A stretch of 64,000 bases of DNA from Anaerolineae bacterium (GTDB lineage: Bacteria > Chloroflexota > Anaerolineae > UBA4142). Below, piece by piece: positions 61,881 to 64,000 of the stretch (positions are counted from its first letter, which is position 1; each line of letters starts with the position of its first letter). The translations under genes were made by a program, and so were the position numbers. The DNA lies in contig DAOUAL010000102.1 in the NCBI GenBank assembly GCA_034433515.1, positions 64,556 through 128,555 on the forward strand, read 5' to 3'. The notes beneath the pieces were generated by a model. It did not search any database, was not told where the DNA came from, and saw nothing but the letters and a program-made list of their open reading frames with translations.

Positions 61881-63743
61881 TGCTTCAATCGGAATGGGGG
61901 TCAACTCTTCTTGCGTTTCGGTCGGCTCAACCAAGAGCCACACTTGCGCCGGGTCGGTCTTGCGGCGCAAGCGCACCGGTTTGACTTCGATCATATCGAA
62001 TTCATCGCCGATTCGCGCACGGGTGGTTACATCAATAAACACGCCGCGTTCCGGCTTGAGTGCGATTCGTTCTGCCATTCCCACGATCTCACCCACAATC
62101 GTGTACTCGGCGCGTGATGGATCGCCCATTTTGCCGGCAATGACCTTCCCGGTCGCAATCCCCATCCCCACGCGAATCGTCAACTCTTTGGGTTGACGAC
62201 GATTGAATTCGGCTAGGTCGTGTTTGATATCAATCGCGGCGCGGACGGCGGTGCGCGCGTGATCGGGTTGATCGGCAAGCAAATTCCATGCGGCGAGGAG
62301 AGCACTGCCGGTATGCTTGACGATGGCGCCTTCGTGTTCAAAAACGACACGCACCATCAATGCCACATAATCATTGAGCAATCGAATGGTGGCTTGCGGG
62401 GTGAGCGATGAAGACAAGGGTTCGAGTTCGCTCAGATCAATAGCGAGGACCGAAACTTCACGCCACACGCCATCCAGGGGCAGAGTATCGCGCGCAAATT
62501 TTTCGGCGGTCAAGGCAACCGCTTCGGGCGCCAAATAACGTTGCAATAAACGCGTGATGCTAGCGCGATTGCGTTCTTCGGACAAGTAGCGATACACCAT
62601 CGTACCGATGAGCATCACTCCGAGCGCGAGCACCGGGTAAATCGGTTGCACAATGATTAACTGGTTAAACTCGCCTAAGGCATAACCCAGATACAACAAA
62701 AAGTAAATGATGGTCAACCCGATTGCTGAAAGTACGCGAACGTGTGGAAGAGTGGCGCCGGCGAGCAAGGCGAGCAAGAAAATCATGACAATTTGCGTCA
62801 AACGTTCTTGAGGGGCTGGGATGCGATTGGTCAAGAGCGTTTCGATCAAATCGGCATGAATCAGAGTGGCACTGGTATCTGCGCCGAATGAGATCGGCGT
62901 CTCGAATTGGCGCGTCAGGGTTGGATCGGTTACCCCGGCGAGTACAATTTTGTCGCGCAACGATTCAAGATTTACCGTGCCGCGTAAAACATCAACGGCT
63001 GAAATTGTTTTGCGGGCAGACGTGCCGAAGAAATTCAAGACCAATTGTCCGCGGCTATCCACAGGCAATCGTTGCACGTCCAAGGGAGTTGCCGATTGAT
63101 GGAGGTACGCTTGGGCGGCGGCAAGCCCCAAGGCGGGATGCTGCGTTTCATTCGATTCGATCCAGAGCGGCAAGCGTCTAACCACACCATCGTCATCGGG
63201 GATGATGAGCGTGTGCCCCAAACGAGTGTTGAGGGTTTCCAGCGTCGGCGTGGGGGTGAGGGCAAGATGAAAACGTGGAATCTTTGGGAGTGGGGTGCGT
63301 GTTACTTCGATACCAATAATGGGTTGGATCACGTTCGGGATGCGGCGCAATGCTTGGGCGAGTGTCTCATCGTCGGTGGAAGGATGGGTGAGCATGAGAT
63401 TGAAGGCAAGCACTCGCGGTTGGGCGTCTGCAATTCGATTGACGAGTTGGGTGAGGATGGAGCGTTGCCAAGGCAGTTCGCCGATTTGGTGAATACTTGG
63501 ATGATCGAGGGCGATGATAACCACCTGACCGGACACAGGCGGGGCTTGGTAAAAGAGATCGGCAAGGCGCGAGGGGGGCGAACCGAAAATGCCGGTAATG
63601 ATGATAAAAGAGAAAAGGAAGCCCACGCCCAGTCCCAGCGCGCTACCAAATTGCAGACGATTGTACAGGCGCGTAATCCGATTGCCGGGTGGGGGAGGGG
63701 TCAACTTGTGTGCTTGAGCGAAGAATCGTTTTGGGATGCCCAC
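61872..63743 (-). CDS. CHASE2-sensor class III adenylate/guanylate cyclase
   Basis: N-terminal TM segment, an extracytoplasmic ~300 aa region, three TM segments, then the cyclase domain VSVLAIDLSE...GAIVKHTGSALLAAW...IRVGMGIATGKVIAG...YTIVGEIVGMAERI. Confidence 0.8.
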   Translation of the reverse strand: MGIPKRFFAQAHKLTPPPPGNRITRLYNRLQFGSALGLGVGFLFSFIIITGIFGSPPSRLADLFYQAPPVSGQVVIIALDHPSIHQIGELPWQRSILTQLVNRIADAQPRVLAFNLMLTHPSTDDETLAQALRRIPNVIQPIIGIEVTRTPLPKIPRFHLALTPTPTLETLNTRLGHTLIIPDDDGVVRRLPLWIESNETQHPALGLAAAQAYLHQSATPLDVQRLPVDSRGQLVLNFFGTSARKTISAVDVLRGTVNLESLRDKIVLAGVTDPTLTRQFETPISFGADTSATLIHADLIETLLTNRIPAPQERLTQIVMIFLLALLAGATLPHVRVLSAIGLTIIYFLLYLGYALGEFNQLIIVQPIYPVLALGVMLIGTMVYRYLSEERNRASITRLLQRYLAPEAVALTAEKFARDTLPLDGVWREVSVLAIDLSELEPLSSSLTPQATIRLLNDYVALMVRVVFEHEGAIVKHTGSALLAAWNLLADQPDHARTAVRAAIDIKHDLAEFNRRQPKELTIRVGMGIATGKVIAGKMGDPSRAEYTIVGEIVGMAERIALKPERGVFIDVTTRARIGDEFDMIEVKPVRLRRKTDPAQVWLLVEPTETQEELTPIPIEAKK

Positions 63744-64000
63744 GTTTTGATTTTGGAATAGCCGGTTTCAATCAAGTCTTGCAATTGACGTGCGCATTCC
63801 TCGTACTCGTCCAATGTGCCACCGTACGGATCGTTAATATCGTGAATGCGGTCTTTGAGTTCGCTGATCAAGTGCATCTTGTGACGATGCCTTGGAAATT
63901 CTGCCGTCAGAGCATCCAAGTGATTGCGGGTCATTACAATCACCACGGACGCCTGATCCAGTAACTCGGCAGAGACGGTTTGCCCGCGATGGGCGGTAAT
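63701..64000 (-). CDS. Low-molecular-weight protein-tyrosine phosphatase / ArsC-fold protein, C-terminal part (5' end outside window)
   Basis: My translation of the open frame reads ITAHRGQTVSAELLDQASVVIVMTRNHLDAL...DINDPYGG. The DPYG motif is typical of LMW-PTPs. Confidence 0.6.
   Translation of the reverse strand: MTAHRGQTVSAELLDQASVVIVMTRNHLDALTAEFPRHRHKMHLISELKDRIHDINDPYGGTLDEYEECARQLQDLIETGYSKIKTWASQNDSSLKHTS

Overview
This is a dense 64-kb chromosomal segment of about 60 protein-coding genes. It probably comes from a Chloroflexota-like bacterium. That is an inference from gene content, the many lipoproteins with Pro/Thr-rich linkers and the intergenic hairpin-repeat families; no rRNA or tRNA is present to confirm it. 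Layout follows. (1) 1-1343 (-): 5' part of a MalT/LuxR-type STAND regulator. (2) 1.5-17.7 kb (+): a large acyl-CoA catabolic cluster. It holds a FadD-type ligase, a LivHMGF+SBP importer, a crotonase, two 3-hydroxyacyl-CoA dehydrogenases, a thiolase, an acyl-CoA dehydrogenase, an alpha/beta hydrolase and two 4-hydroxybutyryl-CoA-dehydratase-like paralogues. It ends in a thiolase stub cut off next to a degenerate transposase remnant. (3) 18.1-23.8 kb (-): a SARP(BTAD)-AAA-TPR regulator with its own terminator, then a small conserved-looking protein and two lipoproteins, one interrupted by an in-frame TGA. (4) 24.3-32.1 kb (-): nuoA-H-J-K-L-M-N, the membrane arm only, with simple-sequence repeats inside the operon. 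(5) 32.2-38 kb: an accessory-looking stretch with a FemAB-family gene, vapBC, an epimerase and the top finding, an autonomous two-gene operon encoding a ~62-unit pentapeptide-repeat protein with a C-terminal TIR domain plus a staphylococcal-nuclease-like protein. This is a candidate undescribed defence module. (6) 38-41.8 kb: FTR1 iron permease, DtxR-family regulator, pyruvate kinase, a tiny Cys-rich ORF and a zinc-ribbon membrane protein. (7) 42.4-46.3 kb: bifunctional nuclease, dnaB, a DnaD-like gene and an internally duplicated (two-module) DnaC/DnaI-like loader. (8) 46.4-53.6 kb: paralogous lipoproteins, AMMECR1, a PIG-L deacetylase and four consecutive secreted hydrolase lipoproteins. (9) 53.8-59.4 kb: an acyltransferase and a NuoE/NuoF-linked formate dehydrogenase whose alpha subunit is split by one in-frame TAA. 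(10) 59.4-64 kb: two GT2 genes bracketing an MNT/HEPN pair, a CHASE2 adenylate/guanylate cyclase and a partial LMW phosphatase. I found no rRNA, tRNA, CRISPR array, integrase or intact IS. All calls rest on reading the translations and the DNA by eye. No database search was run.
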